This document shows positions 40,535 through 51,075 of a DNA stretch of 64,000 nt, one piece after another. This stretch comes from a bacterium (GTDB lineage: Bacteria > Zhuqueibacterota > Zhuqueibacteria > Residuimicrobiales > Krinioviventaceae). The position numbers and the translations under genes were made by a program. Each line of letters begins with the position of its first letter. Positions within the stretch are counted from its first letter, which is position 1. The stretch lies in the NCBI GenBank assembly GCA_963674595.2, contig CAXXFV010000016.1, positions 448,001 through 512,000 of the forward strand, in the 5' to 3' direction. The notes under the pieces were generated by a model. That model was not told where the DNA came from, did no database searches, and saw only the letters and a list, made by a program, of their open reading frames with translations.

Positions 40535-41569
40535 ATGTTGATAAGAATAAAATTTCTGGCTGGTTTATTGGCTATTGTACTTTTATCCGGTTATGTTAGA
40601 GCCGGTGAACTTTCGCTAAAATTCAATGACGGAACATTCAAAATTTTAAATATTTCCGATACTCATTTTGGCGTGAATAAGGATGAGCGGGGCATTGCCC
40701 TGATAGAAATGCTGGTTGAAACGGAAAAACCGGACCTGATTATTGTTAACGGAGATATGGCAGGTCCGGGTAAAAAATTTAAAGATATGAAAAAGGGCAT
40801 CTCTTATCTAACCGATGTTTTGGAAAAGACCCGGGTGCCCTGGGCCGTTACCTTTGGCAACCATGATGCTGAAACCGAGCATTTGTACGGCGTTTCCAAA
40901 GTAGAACAGATAAATATTTATGAGCAGTGTGCTCACAATGTAAACAGCGGCTGGCAAAAAGATATATCCGGTGTGGGGAATAAAAACCTTCTTATTATGG
41001 ATTCTAACGGATCAAAGCCGGTTTTTAATATATGGCTGCTGGATTCTTTTAGTGATGCAGCAGACCCTGCCAATAATTATGAGTGGCTTCATGCCGACCA
41101 GGTGTATTGGTATTACAGCACTTCAAAGGCTTTGGAAAAAGAATATGGAAAAAAGATCCCGGCCCTGATGTTTTTTCATGTTCCGCTTTTGGAAATAAAA
41201 CAAATGGTTGCCGGTAGTAAAATAATCGGCAGCCGTCAGGAACCGGAAGTGACATCAAATATCAACAGCGGGATGTTTGCCGCCATTTTGGATCGGGGTG
41301 ATGTGAAGGGCCTTTCCCATGGTCATGATCATCAAAACAATTATATGGGTATATGGAAAGGCGTGATGATGGGTTATTCCGGGGTGACGGGTTATAATTG
41401 TTATCCTCACATTCCAAAGGATGACCCTGCGAATAATCATATCCGCGGCGGCCGGGTATTTTTAATCAGAGAATCCGAGCCCGGCAATATAAAAACCTGG
41501 ATGCGTTTTGCCGGCGGAGAAAAAAATTGGGAAACTGAAAGTTATATAAAGTATAACCTGAAAAAATAA
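40535..41569 (+). CDS. exported calcineurin-like metallophosphoesterase (DCR2/PAP-like)
   Basis: FKILNISDTH, NGD, TFGNHD, FFHVPL, GHDHQN. Confidence 0.85.
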   Translation: MLIRIKFLAGLLAIVLLSGYVRAGELSLKFNDGTFKILNISDTHFGVNKDERGIALIEMLVETEKPDLIIVNGDMAGPGKKFKDMKKGISYLTDVLEKTRVPWAVTFGNHDAETEHLYGVSKVEQINIYEQCAHNVNSGWQKDISGVGNKNLLIMDSNGSKPVFNIWLLDSFSDAADPANNYEWLHADQVYWYYSTSKALEKEYGKKIPALMFFHVPLLEIKQMVAGSKIIGSRQEPEVTSNINSGMFAAILDRGDVKGLSHGHDHQNNYMGIWKGVMMGYSGVTGYNCYPHIPKDDPANNHIRGGRVFLIRESEPGNIKTWMRFAGGEKNWETESYIKYNLKK

Positions 41570-41601
41570 TGTTGCCCCTCAAAGTATAAAAATTAAAAAG
41601 T

Positions 41602-41638
41602 GGCAGGTTGGTGTTATGATGATGCTTTCCAACCTGCC
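41602..41638. terminator. inverted repeat between convergent genes (probable terminator)
   Basis: GGCAGGTTGG-N17-CCAACCTGCC. Confidence 0.45.
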
Positions 41639-41686
41639 GTTGGCTATGATATAGGAATGTTGTCTTTTATGCCGACCAAATTTAAT

Positions 41687-42580
41687 CTATGCTGCCATGG
41701 GGATCGTTAGTTTTGTGGTAAATCCTTCACAGGTCATATAATCCACTTTGCCTGATAGTTGTTTTTCAACAATCTCCTGAATTAATCCCAGCCCTATTGA
41801 ACTCTTTTGGTTAAGATTTGTTATGCCCCTGTAACCCGGACCGTTATCAGAAACCATAATTTGAATGATATTGTCGAATTTGGTAATGATTTCCAGGTGA
41901 ATGTTTCCTTTTTTCCCATTGGGAAAGGCATGTTTTACAGAGTTTAATAACAATTCTGTAAAAATCAAACCGACATAGATACCGATTTTTTGATGGACTT
42001 TGATGGATTTCACATCAAAAGTCAGAGTAATATCGTTCGCTCTGCCGCAACCGTCGATGACTCCCTGGCCCACTTTAACAAGGTAATCTTGAAGATCAAC
42101 AATATTTTTTTTATTGTCAAAGGAAAGCAGTTCATGGCTGGCCGAAATGGCCATAATTTGCGATTCAAGCTCCTCCAGTGCTTGCCTTGCTTGCGGATTT
42201 GTAATGCTTTTCGATTTTAAAAATGTCAATGACCGGACAAGGGATAAATTGTTTTTTACTCTGTGGTTGATTTCTTTTAATAAAGCAATTTTTTCATCCA
42301 ACTGTTGATAGAGTTCACGTTCCACCAACATTGTCTTTTTCAGCTCTTTTTTTAATTTGTGACGAATTATTGCTGATCTGACAGTAAGAGCAGCAAGAAG
42401 GAAAATAAAAGCAGCCAAAAGTTTATCCATGTTCCATTGAATAAGTTTTGGACTCCATTCCACCATCCATTTAGAAAAGTCAAGATAGCTAGCCAGAAAT
42501 GTCACCACAAGTGTCAGGAAAGTTATTAATAGAATATCCGCATTCGGTTCATATATTTGTGCAAATTTTTTTTGTTCCAT
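41687..42580 (-). CDS. membrane sensor histidine kinase (2 TM, HisKA_2)
   Basis: EINHRVKNNL, ELLLNSVKHAF, DNGPG, SIGLGLI; paralogue of 42884..43780. Confidence 0.85.
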   Translation of the reverse strand: MEQKKFAQIYEPNADILLITFLTLVVTFLASYLDFSKWMVEWSPKLIQWNMDKLLAAFIFLLAALTVRSAIIRHKLKKELKKTMLVERELYQQLDEKIALLKEINHRVKNNLSLVRSLTFLKSKSITNPQARQALEELESQIMAISASHELLSFDNKKNIVDLQDYLVKVGQGVIDGCGRANDITLTFDVKSIKVHQKIGIYVGLIFTELLLNSVKHAFPNGKKGNIHLEIITKFDNIIQIMVSDNGPGYRGITNLNQKSSIGLGLIQEIVEKQLSGKVDYMTCEGFTTKLTIPMAA

Positions 42581-42883
42581 AATATTAGTCTTAAAATATA
42601 TTTGTTTAAAAATTCAGGTGGTAATTAAAAGTCAAGAATTATGCGGTTGGTATTGTTAGAAGAAAAAAGTCATTTATGTGTAACCAAAACCAATCCTTTA
42701 AATGAAAAAAATCAATTTAATCGTTACAAGTCTTTTCAGAGTTTTATTCTCTTTTCTCTAATTAAACACCCTGTTCAATATAAACTTGCGTATATATTTT
42801 TTGTTTAATAAAAAAATATTCCCCCATTATGAAATTTTGAAATAATAAAATTTTACGGATTGTGTTTGTAGCTTTTGGTAAAA

Positions 42884-43780
42884 TTAGGCGACCATGGGAA
42901 TGGATAACTGAGTGGTAAAACCATCTGATGTGATATAGTCTACTTTGCCTGAAAGTTGATTTTCTACAATTTCCTGAATCAGACCAAGGCCGATTGAACC
43001 TCTATATTTAAATATATCCAGATTTTTTTTGCCGGGTCCGTTGTCAGAGACAGTAATTTGAACTGTGTCATTCGGTTGTGTTAAAATATTTAGTTGAATT
43101 TGTCCCTTTTTACCATCCGGAAAGGCATGTTTTACAGAATTTAATATCAACTCGGTGAATATAAGCCCTACATAGGTACTTGTTTTTTGATTTAATTTTG
43201 TCGTTGTTTTTTCACAAATAAGAGATATGTCCTCGGTCCTGCCGCAGCCATACAATACTCCTTTTCCAACCTCTTCAAGATACTCTTTGAGGTCGATTTT
43301 ATTTTTACTGCTTTCAAAGGAGAGCAGTTCGTGACTTTTGGAAATAGCGTTTATTTGTGATTCAATTTCTTCCAAAGCGCTTTTTGTTTCCGGATTTGAG
43401 GTGTCTTTTGATTTTAAAAATGCAAGTGATCGAATGAGGGTCAAATTGTTTTTAACTCTGTGATTTACTTCCCTTAACAAAGACACTTTTTCATTTAACT
43501 GGCGTGCGAGTTCAGCTTCTGCCAGGCTTGTTTTTTGCAATTGATTTTTTAATTTATGACGAATAATAGCTGAACGAATTCCGAAAATAAAAGCGAGGTT
43601 AATAGTTGCTGCTATAATTTCATCGATTTCCATTGATTCGTGTTTTCGGCTCCACTCAAGAAACCATTCGAAAAAATCAAAGTACCCCGCAATGAGCGTA
43701 ACAAGGATCGTTGAAACGACTATTATTATAATGTCCATGCCTGGTATTAATTTACATTTTGGTTTTTGATTGCTTATCAT
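42884..43780 (-). CDS. membrane sensor histidine kinase (2 TM, HisKA_2)
   Basis: EVNHRVKNNL, ELILNSVKHAF, DNGPG, SIGLGLI. Confidence 0.85.
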   Translation of the reverse strand: MISNQKPKCKLIPGMDIIIIVVSTILVTLIAGYFDFFEWFLEWSRKHESMEIDEIIAATINLAFIFGIRSAIIRHKLKNQLQKTSLAEAELARQLNEKVSLLREVNHRVKNNLTLIRSLAFLKSKDTSNPETKSALEEIESQINAISKSHELLSFESSKNKIDLKEYLEEVGKGVLYGCGRTEDISLICEKTTTKLNQKTSTYVGLIFTELILNSVKHAFPDGKKGQIQLNILTQPNDTVQITVSDNGPGKKNLDIFKYRGSIGLGLIQEIVENQLSGKVDYITSDGFTTQLSIPMVA

Positions 43781-44012
43781 AGTGCTATCTTTCTAAAATA
43801 GATATACTTGTTGCCTAATTTAAAACGTTATTGTAAAAAAGAATATTCTTGTTTTCTGAAAAAATTAGTGTTTGATTAGAGTGCAGATTTAGTAAAATTT
43901 GGTTTATGAATAGTGGTTTTTTTTGTCAATAGGTATACTGATCTAAACAGGATTGTGCTATTTTGGTTTACTTTGTATTATTACAAAAAAACTAGTAGGT
44001 GTTGCCAGAAGA

Positions 44013-44798
44013 TTAGATGTGTTTTTGGCGTGCGATAAAAAATAATCTCTTGAAAGGAAATAAAACCTTTCCATTTAATTGTTGTAAATATTCCTTTTTT
44101 ATGTTTTCAAGAACGAGATTTTCAAATTTTTCTTTATCATCCTTGTTTTTTAACACTTCTATAAACGGTTTTAATCCGGTGCTTTTAATCATTTCCAGGA
44201 TAGAATTGTGAGACTCCATAATATGAAAATAGTCTGTTTTCCACATTTCTATAAAATTAAAAAAGGACGATAATTGATTATAATAATATGAATGATTATG
44301 TATTGTTAAAGTTCCCAAAATATTTTTGGTTAACTTTGCCCATTGGCTGTTTTCTGCAATATCAGCAATTGCTTTTCCAAGGGGCATGTCCCAAAACAGC
44401 GGGATTTGTACGGCAACCTGTCCGTCTTTATTCAATAAATGGTGAAATTTTTCAATCAGAATGTTGTGATTGGGTATCCATTGAATTGCTGCGTTTGAAA
44501 AAACAATATCAAATTTGCCGTCTATTTTTTCTTTTCCGGCATCAATTAATTTCCACTCCTGCAAAGGAAAGTCTTTTTTTGCTTTTTCAATCATGGCAGG
44601 TGAATTATCAATTCCGATTATCTGTGCATCCGGCCATTTTTGAACAAGGATTTGTGTGCTGTTTCCTGGTCCGCAACCAATGTCTATAATTTTTTTCGGT
44701 TGATCATAATTAATCCGGGAAACCAGATCGATTGATGGTTGAATACGTTCTTTATTGAACTTTAAATATAATTCCGGATTCCAGTCTTTATTACTCAT
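44013..44798 (-). CDS. tam: trans-aconitate 2-methyltransferase-like SAM methyltransferase
   Basis: WNPELYLKF..ER..P..DL, DIGCGPGNST, FSNAAIQW, FPFKRLF. Confidence 0.82.
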   Translation of the reverse strand: MSNKDWNPELYLKFNKERIQPSIDLVSRINYDQPKKIIDIGCGPGNSTQILVQKWPDAQIIGIDNSPAMIEKAKKDFPLQEWKLIDAGKEKIDGKFDIVFSNAAIQWIPNHNILIEKFHHLLNKDGQVAVQIPLFWDMPLGKAIADIAENSQWAKLTKNILGTLTIHNHSYYYNQLSSFFNFIEMWKTDYFHIMESHNSILEMIKSTGLKPFIEVLKNKDDKEKFENLVLENIKKEYLQQLNGKVLFPFKRLFFIARQKHI

Positions 44799-44934
44799 TA
44801 TATCAAACCTTATATTCCAGTGCTAATTTCGCAAGTTAAAACCTAAGAAGAAAATTAATTTTTATTGAATTTTAAAAGTTAGGTTTGTCCCTGATTTTTT
44901 TATTATTAACCGTTAATACTGATTTAAATTTTAT

Positions 44935-45432
44935 TTATTCAGAGACAATTTTTAGATTAATCGAATCCAAATATTTTGAGGGAACAATGTTTTGTATGTA
45001 AATATAGGGCCTTAATTTTACCAGATAATTCCCTGCCGGTAGAGGGCTGTGAAATGGATTGGAATTCCAGGATGTGCTGTATTTCAGCGTGTCACCGGGA
45101 GCCAACTTACCGGGAACAATGACCGCGCCATAATCATAGCCGTCGTCAGATGTAGCGATCAGGCTACCGCCTTTAAATATTTCAAATGAAGCTAGCGGGG
45201 TTCCGCCATGTGATTTTTCATATTTTTGAGTCTTGTTCCCAGTGTTTATAATTCCAAAATGAAAGAAAATATCCTGTTTTGTGGTGAATGTTGTTTTCGG
45301 CTTTTCTGTAGAGTCTGCCGGATAAAAGAAATGTTCAATTCTAAAAGCAGATGTCGCTTCGGTAACACGCCTGCAAAAGAGGTTTAGACTGATGATAATT
45401 ATTAAAATAGTGTATGTAATTGTGGTTTTCAT
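44935..45432 (-). CDS. putative lipoprotein with Ig/BsuPI-like domain
   Basis: Start reassigned to ATG 45432 (GGAGG RBS); signal ending LFC; LAPGDTLKYSTSW...LPAGNY. Confidence 0.5.
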   Translation of the reverse strand: MKTTITYTILIIIISLNLFCRRVTEATSAFRIEHFFYPADSTEKPKTTFTTKQDIFFHFGIINTGNKTQKYEKSHGGTPLASFEIFKGGSLIATSDDGYDYGAVIVPGKLAPGDTLKYSTSWNSNPFHSPLPAGNYLVKLRPYIYIQNIVPSKYLDSINLKIVSE

Positions 45433-45487
45433 GTTCCCTCCGGATAAATATAAAAGACCATCAATGTCCTTAATTAATAAATAAATT

Positions 45488-46027
45488 TTATTTCGTGTTG
45501 AATAATCCCAAAAATGCAAAAATCATTACAAGGCTAAAACTCAGACATAAAAACAAAATTCCTATTATATACAAGATTTTGTTTATGAAAAAATACTTGT
45601 TCTGTAAATATAATGCATTTTTTAAATGTTTGACATCATTTGTTTCAAAATAGAGTTTAAAAGAATCTGATGCATTATTAAGTTTTATTCCTGCAATTGC
45701 AATTGGAATCCCAAGGATTGCTCCTACGATTGAAAAACAGGAAATAATTCCATTAAAAATATCGAAAAAGCCGATAAATTTCATATTATTTATATAGTTT
45801 TGTTCGTTTAATTCATATTTTAAATTCAATGATTCATTGTGTTTTTCTTCAACTTTTTTTTCAGGATCCCGCTCAAAATATTCGCCATTACATTTTTTGA
45901 TAAACTTGGCAGGATAGCTTTTAACGTTTTCTTTGATTTTTGTGCATACACCATTAGTAGTTTCATAAAATTGACAAACATAACAATAATCTCTGGTTGA
46001 TTTTTTGTTTAAATCGTCGCGGTCCAT
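45488..46027 (-). CDS. DUF5362-like membrane protein with N-terminal Cys cluster
   Basis: MKFIG...ISCFSIVGAILGIP..IAGIKL...F; N-terminal CYVC...C...C. Confidence 0.55.
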   Translation of the reverse strand: MDRDDLNKKSTRDYCYVCQFYETTNGVCTKIKENVKSYPAKFIKKCNGEYFERDPEKKVEEKHNESLNLKYELNEQNYINNMKFIGFFDIFNGIISCFSIVGAILGIPIAIAGIKLNNASDSFKLYFETNDVKHLKNALYLQNKYFFINKILYIIGILFLCLSFSLVMIFAFLGLFNTK

Positions 46028-46095
46028 AGTTCCTCTCCTATTCGTCCGTTGAAAATTTTTTGTCCCTTTACCATAATTTAAGAGGATAAAGTTGT

Positions 46096-46821
46096 TTATT
46101 CTGTTTTATCTGACAGAAACATACTTATATTCAGCAATTCCTGCACCATTGGTTCCGGCAATGTATGCCCTGTATTTTTATAAATATTCAGTTTTGTGTT
46201 GGGTGCGTGCTGAGATAAAATATGAAAAGCCTTTTGGGCTTTATCCAGATTGTTATCCAGTTCACCGTGTCCGATATATATATTCATGGATAAAATTTTC
46301 GAAATATCTTCCGGCAGCAGATTTTCTTCAAACCTGGCGCCAATCGGTGCGATGCCTTTAAATATATGTGGATTATGCAGTCCGATTGAGTAACAATATG
46401 CTCCACCGGCGGAAAATCCTGTTATAAATATTTTTTTGGGATTTATTAGAACATGTTTTCGGGCGATATCCAGTGCAGAAAAAATGATATTGTCCGTATT
46501 TTCACCCCAGGCCCAGTTTAATGGCGAGCCAATATTTGTCTCTCCCTGAGGTGTGAGTAAAATAATGTTCAGGGAATCGGTAGCCGGTTTCCACAAGTCG
46601 TGAAAAGCGGCGGCGTTACTGCCATAGCCGTGTAACGCAATAAGCAGAGGGGCGGGTGTAGCCGTTGTGATTTTGGGCGGAACGGATAAAATGGAAACAG
46701 AGCGTGTATTATTTAATTGTATATGAAAATGCGTTGTTGTCCCCGGTTGCATATAAGAACACGTTTTACATGAAAATATTGATAAAATAAAAATCAGGGG
46801 TATTTTAGTTGTGAAATTCAT
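46096..46821 (-). CDS. alpha/beta-hydrolase (phospholipase/carboxylesterase family), lipoprotein
   Basis: LHGYG, GFSAGG nucleophile elbow, HGELD, GH. Confidence 0.8.
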   Translation of the reverse strand: MNFTTKIPLIFILSIFSCKTCSYMQPGTTTHFHIQLNNTRSVSILSVPPKITTATPAPLLIALHGYGSNAAAFHDLWKPATDSLNIILLTPQGETNIGSPLNWAWGENTDNIIFSALDIARKHVLINPKKIFITGFSAGGAYCYSIGLHNPHIFKGIAPIGARFEENLLPEDISKILSMNIYIGHGELDNNLDKAQKAFHILSQHAPNTKLNIYKNTGHTLPEPMVQELLNISMFLSDKTE

Positions 46822-46852
46822 CTCGCCCTATATAAATACAAATACGAGTGCT

Positions 46853-47617
46853 TTAGGATTTTAATTCTTTTTTAATAATATTTTGAAAACGTGTAATTGA
46901 AATATATCGGTCCGCCAGAATTTTGCCGTTATAAATCAGATTAAAAACGCTGTAAAGCGAAGGTGCTTTTTGTGCCTGTTGAGGTGTGGTCATTTCAATG
47001 ATTTTGGGACTGAGGTTTTCCTGTTCCAGAACAGGTTTGACCTCCTCGATGAACCTGGCCACCCAGGGACATTGTTTTGAGTAAATAATGGTAAAGTCCG
47101 TATGCTTTGCCAGCTCACTTTGCCAATCATTGATTGTTGGCAAAGCCCCTTGTTTGAAATTTTTAACCAGCAGTTGTTCTTTGCCTGACTCGGAAATAAT
47201 TTCATACCCGTTTTTTATTAAGATACTCTTGTTTGTCATAAATGAATTGTCGCTGGTTACAACCGCCACACCTGTCATTTCTGCTGCATCTTTTTCCGCC
47301 TCTTTTAACAAAAGAGTGCCAAGGCCCTGGTGCTGGTGTTTTTTCCCGTTTGTCCACATACAATGAATGAACATATATCCTTTAGCCGACACCGAACGCC
47401 AGCAAAACTCACCAGGTATGTATTCAATAAATCCGATTGGTTTTTTTTCATTTTCTAGATACAGTAATTTAATGGCCAGTCCGTTTTTAAACTGTTCTTT
47501 TAGCCATTCAATTTTTTTGTGATAAAATTCATGTTTCGGATTGATAAAACATATAACCTGTGGGTGTTCGGCTATGTTTTGCATGGTGACGTTTACAACT
47601 TTTGTTTTTAAATTCAT
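46853..47617 (-). CDS. GNAT acetyltransferase with YoaP-like C-terminal domain
   Basis: GFIEYIPGE..WR, FIHC.W, QGLGTLLL, QCPW, AQKAPS; start reassigned to ATG 47617. Confidence 0.75.
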   Translation of the reverse strand: MNLKTKVVNVTMQNIAEHPQVICFINPKHEFYHKKIEWLKEQFKNGLAIKLLYLENEKKPIGFIEYIPGEFCWRSVSAKGYMFIHCMWTNGKKHQHQGLGTLLLKEAEKDAAEMTGVAVVTSDNSFMTNKSILIKNGYEIISESGKEQLLVKNFKQGALPTINDWQSELAKHTDFTIIYSKQCPWVARFIEEVKPVLEQENLSPKIIEMTTPQQAQKAPSLYSVFNLIYNGKILADRYISITRFQNIIKKELKS

Positions 47618-47661
47618 GAGTTTCCCTCTGATAAATCGATCTTTAATTATAACGAGAATGA

Positions 47662-48492
47662 TTAAATAAAATCCCAAATCGGAAAATACCCTGCCTTTTC
47701 AACAATTTTTTGTCCCTCGGGACTGATGATCCAGTCGATCAGGTTTTTTATTGTGCCCTGGGGTTTGTCCACGGTATACAGATACAGGTATCGGGTAATC
47801 GGATAGGACCCGTTGATAACGTTTTGTTCTGATGGCGCAATATTGTTAATCCAGCAATGTTTGATATTGTTTGTAAAAGCCATACCTCCGTAACCAATTG
47901 CGTTTTCATGCCGGGCTACATGGTCCAGCACGTTTGCTGTAGTTGAAGCTGTAATTCCATCCTCCGTATAGTCGGTGCCGCCCAAAACATGGTCTTTAAA
48001 ATACAAAAAAGAGCCGGAATTGGGATTTCTTTTAATTACGAGGATATCCTGATCCGCGCCGCCGACCTGTTTCCAGTTTGTTGTTTTTCCGCTAAAAATG
48101 CCTTTCAGTTGTTCCTGGGTCAGGTTGTTGACGGAATTAGCCGGATGAAGATAGACACTGAGCGCGTCTTTGGCCACGAGTATGGAAAATCCGATAACAT
48201 TAAAGTTTTGTGCAATTTGTTGCGTTTCCTCGGGTTGTAAAGGTCTGGACGCCGCGCAGATTTGCACCTCTCCGTTTGCCAGTGCTTTGGCGCCGGTTGC
48301 CGTGCCGCCGCCTTCGGCATATATCGATACACCCGGATGCTGCATCATGTATTCCGAAGCCCATAGTCGATTCAGGGCAAGCATTGTATCTGATCCTTTA
48401 ATTCGGATGATTTGCGGCGAATTGTATTTTGATGTATGGCATCCGTTAAGAAATACAAGCAAACCGACAATTATTTTTATATATATTTTCAT
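47662..48492 (-). CDS. pstS: phosphate-binding lipoprotein PstS-like
   Basis: IKGSDT, GGGTATG, ASR, AKDAL, NW..VGG, SGS, YPITRYLY. Confidence 0.8.
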   Translation of the reverse strand: MKIYIKIIVGLLVFLNGCHTSKYNSPQIIRIKGSDTMLALNRLWASEYMMQHPGVSIYAEGGGTATGAKALANGEVQICAASRPLQPEETQQIAQNFNVIGFSILVAKDALSVYLHPANSVNNLTQEQLKGIFSGKTTNWKQVGGADQDILVIKRNPNSGSFLYFKDHVLGGTDYTEDGITASTTANVLDHVARHENAIGYGGMAFTNNIKHCWINNIAPSEQNVINGSYPITRYLYLYTVDKPQGTIKNLIDWIISPEGQKIVEKAGYFPIWDFI

Positions 48493-50123
48493 TATCGTTT
48501 TTCCGCTATGGACTGTAACCTGGTGTTTTGGAACGGAGAATTATTGTTCCATTTCGGAGGATTCTCTGAATTTGCCAAATTTTTTATAAAATGTGCCAGT
48601 ATTTCAAAATGCTGATTAACGGCTGAATAATTTATCGGCTGGTTTGTATCATCAAAAGGCGTGTGATAGATATTTTGCATCCAGTTGAGGTGTTTTATCA
48701 TAGCCTGCTCGCGAGATAAATTTTGATAGTCCAACCCATCCATGATCAGGATCGACGGAATACCGGCTTTGGCAAACGCAATTTGGTCGGACCTTGCAAA
48801 GGATTCTGTTAAAAGAAATTGCTCCGGCAATGAGGTGACAGTAATATTTAAAGGTTGGGTGGTTTTTAATAAAATATTATTTAAGGTTGAATACTCTGCT
48901 CCAATTCCCACAACGCTTTTAAACCTGTCAAAAATTGCTGCCCCGTCAATATTTATATTGGCTATGGTTTTGTAATGCGGGAAAACAGGGTGGTCCAGGT
49001 AATATGTAGAACCCAGTAATCCTTTTTCTTCGCCTGTTAGGAACAGAAATAACAGTGATCTTTTTGTTTTTTTGTTTTGTTGAAAGTAGTTGGCCAGTTC
49101 CAGCAGCATCGCTGTGCCAATAGCATTATCAACGGCGCCGTTATAAATTGAATCGCCTTTGACGGGTTTGCCGATACCAAGATGATCATAATGGGCTGTA
49201 ATGATGATACCGGTTTCTTTTAGTTCTTTGTCTGAGCCATTAATCACACCAATGACATTCGCTGCTGTAAATTCCCGTTGTTTAAACTCACCGTGAAAAG
49301 AAAGTTTTACCGGCAAATAAAAGCTTGATAACATGTTTTGTTTTTCTTGTGAAAAAATTTGCGGCAGTGTGTATTCGGCATTTTTAAAAAGACGCAATGC
49401 GGCATGCGGTTTCATAATAGCGCTGAAATGACTGGCGGCCGAATAGGCCAATGTAATGTCTTCAAATGAAAAATCACGCACCCATTCATCCCAGGATTTT
49501 AATTCCATTTCCTGTGGGCGGGGAATCAAAATACTGCCGCGTGCACCTCTGGATAGAGCCAGTCTTTCTTTCGATTCCGGATAAGAGTAAATTGTCGGGT
49601 TGGTTCCGTTAAAATAGACCGAATCTTGGGACTGCGGTTCTCCTGAAAGGTAAACAACGATTTTATCGTTAACGTCTATTGATTGATAGTCGTTGTAATC
49701 ATATTCCGGGGCGATAATGCCGTAACCGACAAACACCAAATCAATAGGCTGTGGAATATAGGTTTGCGCTCCTGATTTGTATAAAAGATAATCCTGGCCT
49801 ATAATATAGTTATAATGTTCCGGAAAAAGATCCAGTGCACAATTGGAAAGGGGAAAAGTACCATGAAGAGGCAGGTTTTGAAAATAGCTTGTAGAATTGT
49901 TGTTTGGCACAACACCAAATTGTTCCAGTTGTTGTGCTATATATTTTGCTGCTTTGTCCCCGCCTTGACTGCCTGTTGCTCTTCCTTCAAGTTCATCGCT
50001 CGCCAAATAATCCACATGCTTTTTAATTGCTTCTGCTTGAAGCGGCATATCCGTTTGCGCTGATACAAAAATCGGCCAAAAAAGGAATAGAAATTTACAT
50101 GAGGTATATAATAGCTTTTTCAT
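48492..50123 (-). CDS. M28 family metallopeptidase with PA domain
   Basis: LASDELEGR, VFVGYG, TAHYDHLG, GAVDNAIG, GEEKGLLGS, RSDQ, YHTPFD. Confidence 0.88.
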   Translation of the reverse strand: MKKLLYTSCKFLFLFWPIFVSAQTDMPLQAEAIKKHVDYLASDELEGRATGSQGGDKAAKYIAQQLEQFGVVPNNNSTSYFQNLPLHGTFPLSNCALDLFPEHYNYIIGQDYLLYKSGAQTYIPQPIDLVFVGYGIIAPEYDYNDYQSIDVNDKIVVYLSGEPQSQDSVYFNGTNPTIYSYPESKERLALSRGARGSILIPRPQEMELKSWDEWVRDFSFEDITLAYSAASHFSAIMKPHAALRLFKNAEYTLPQIFSQEKQNMLSSFYLPVKLSFHGEFKQREFTAANVIGVINGSDKELKETGIIITAHYDHLGIGKPVKGDSIYNGAVDNAIGTAMLLELANYFQQNKKTKRSLLFLFLTGEEKGLLGSTYYLDHPVFPHYKTIANINIDGAAIFDRFKSVVGIGAEYSTLNNILLKTTQPLNITVTSLPEQFLLTESFARSDQIAFAKAGIPSILIMDGLDYQNLSREQAMIKHLNWMQNIYHTPFDDTNQPINYSAVNQHFEILAHFIKNLANSENPPKWNNNSPFQNTRLQSIAEKR

Positions 50124-50131
50124 TTCTGAAA

Positions 50132-50917
50132 TTACGATTTCAAGCTCATAATTTTATATTGTCTTTTTGCAAACTGGCCCGGACAACTGCGGCGTCCGAC
50201 CCGTGTTAACTGCACGGCTGGGTCCTTCAACAGAGCTTTAATAGAAGCGGCCGGTTTATTCTCATCAAACGGACCGTTTAATGTGGCCGCATAGGAACCA
50301 ACCAGCTTTTCCTCGCCGTCAAAGGGAAGCGGATCTGTTCCGGCAATTACTTTGAATCCCTTTTTCATGGCTTCCCGCATTAATATCGGGGTCGGCCAAA
50401 CAGATGGACGCATGGTTGTATCGCTAATGAGCAAGGAGTCCGGTTTTACAGTATTTATAACATTTTGTACAACTTTTTTCCTGGCAAACATCCATTTCCC
50501 GGGCGCCCAGTTTAAGGCCGGGATTCCCTTGTTATCGCATACAGCCTGTATCGTATCATTTATATTATATTTTCTGTCTTCAAGATTCATAGTGGATGCC
50601 AGGGCACAAATTTCCAGGTTTTCTTTCACTACAATTTGGCGACCGGCCATTAAATAAAAATATTTTTGTTCGTCCAATGTATCGATAATTTTAACAGAAG
50701 AACCTTCATCTGTTTGAACAATATTATACTTGCCAATATTTTCTTGTGATTGAATTTCCTCAAAAGCATGGCAGTCGAATCTTTCTGTCAATAAACAGAC
50801 AGGTATATGGTCTTTGGCAATACGGCTCAAGTTCTTAAAAGCTGTATCGAAACATAATTCCAAATTAAAATCAGGGTAAAGATGCACATGCCCATCTATG
50901 ACAATTTTTTTATCCAC
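50132..50917 (-). CDS. PHP/amidohydrolase-like metal-binding protein
   Basis: DGHVH near the N-terminus, LTER, GRQ...LE, AGTDPLP. Confidence 0.5.
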   Translation of the reverse strand: MDKKIVIDGHVHLYPDFNLELCFDTAFKNLSRIAKDHIPVCLLTERFDCHAFEEIQSQENIGKYNIVQTDEGSSVKIIDTLDEQKYFYLMAGRQIVVKENLEICALASTMNLEDRKYNINDTIQAVCDNKGIPALNWAPGKWMFARKKVVQNVINTVKPDSLLISDTTMRPSVWPTPILMREAMKKGFKVIAGTDPLPFDGEEKLVGSYAATLNGPFDENKPAASIKALLKDPAVQLTRVGRRSCPGQFAKRQYKIMSLKS

Positions 50918-51046
50918 TGTTATGTCCTCATAATGTTATTTTATTGAAATTCAATATGCAGATAAAATAATATTAATGCAAATAAATTTTAGTGTTTAGG
51001 TAGAGTGCAAGTCGGCAAAAGGAATTTCAGTAATGTAATTTTATGC

Positions 51047-51075
51047 TTGATTCTTATTTTGAGAAGTGATACTTT
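51047..51075 (+). promoter_or_regulatory. sigma70-like promoter for pduL-ogt-nudix
   Basis: TTGATT-N17-TACTTT with TG extension. Confidence 0.5.
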
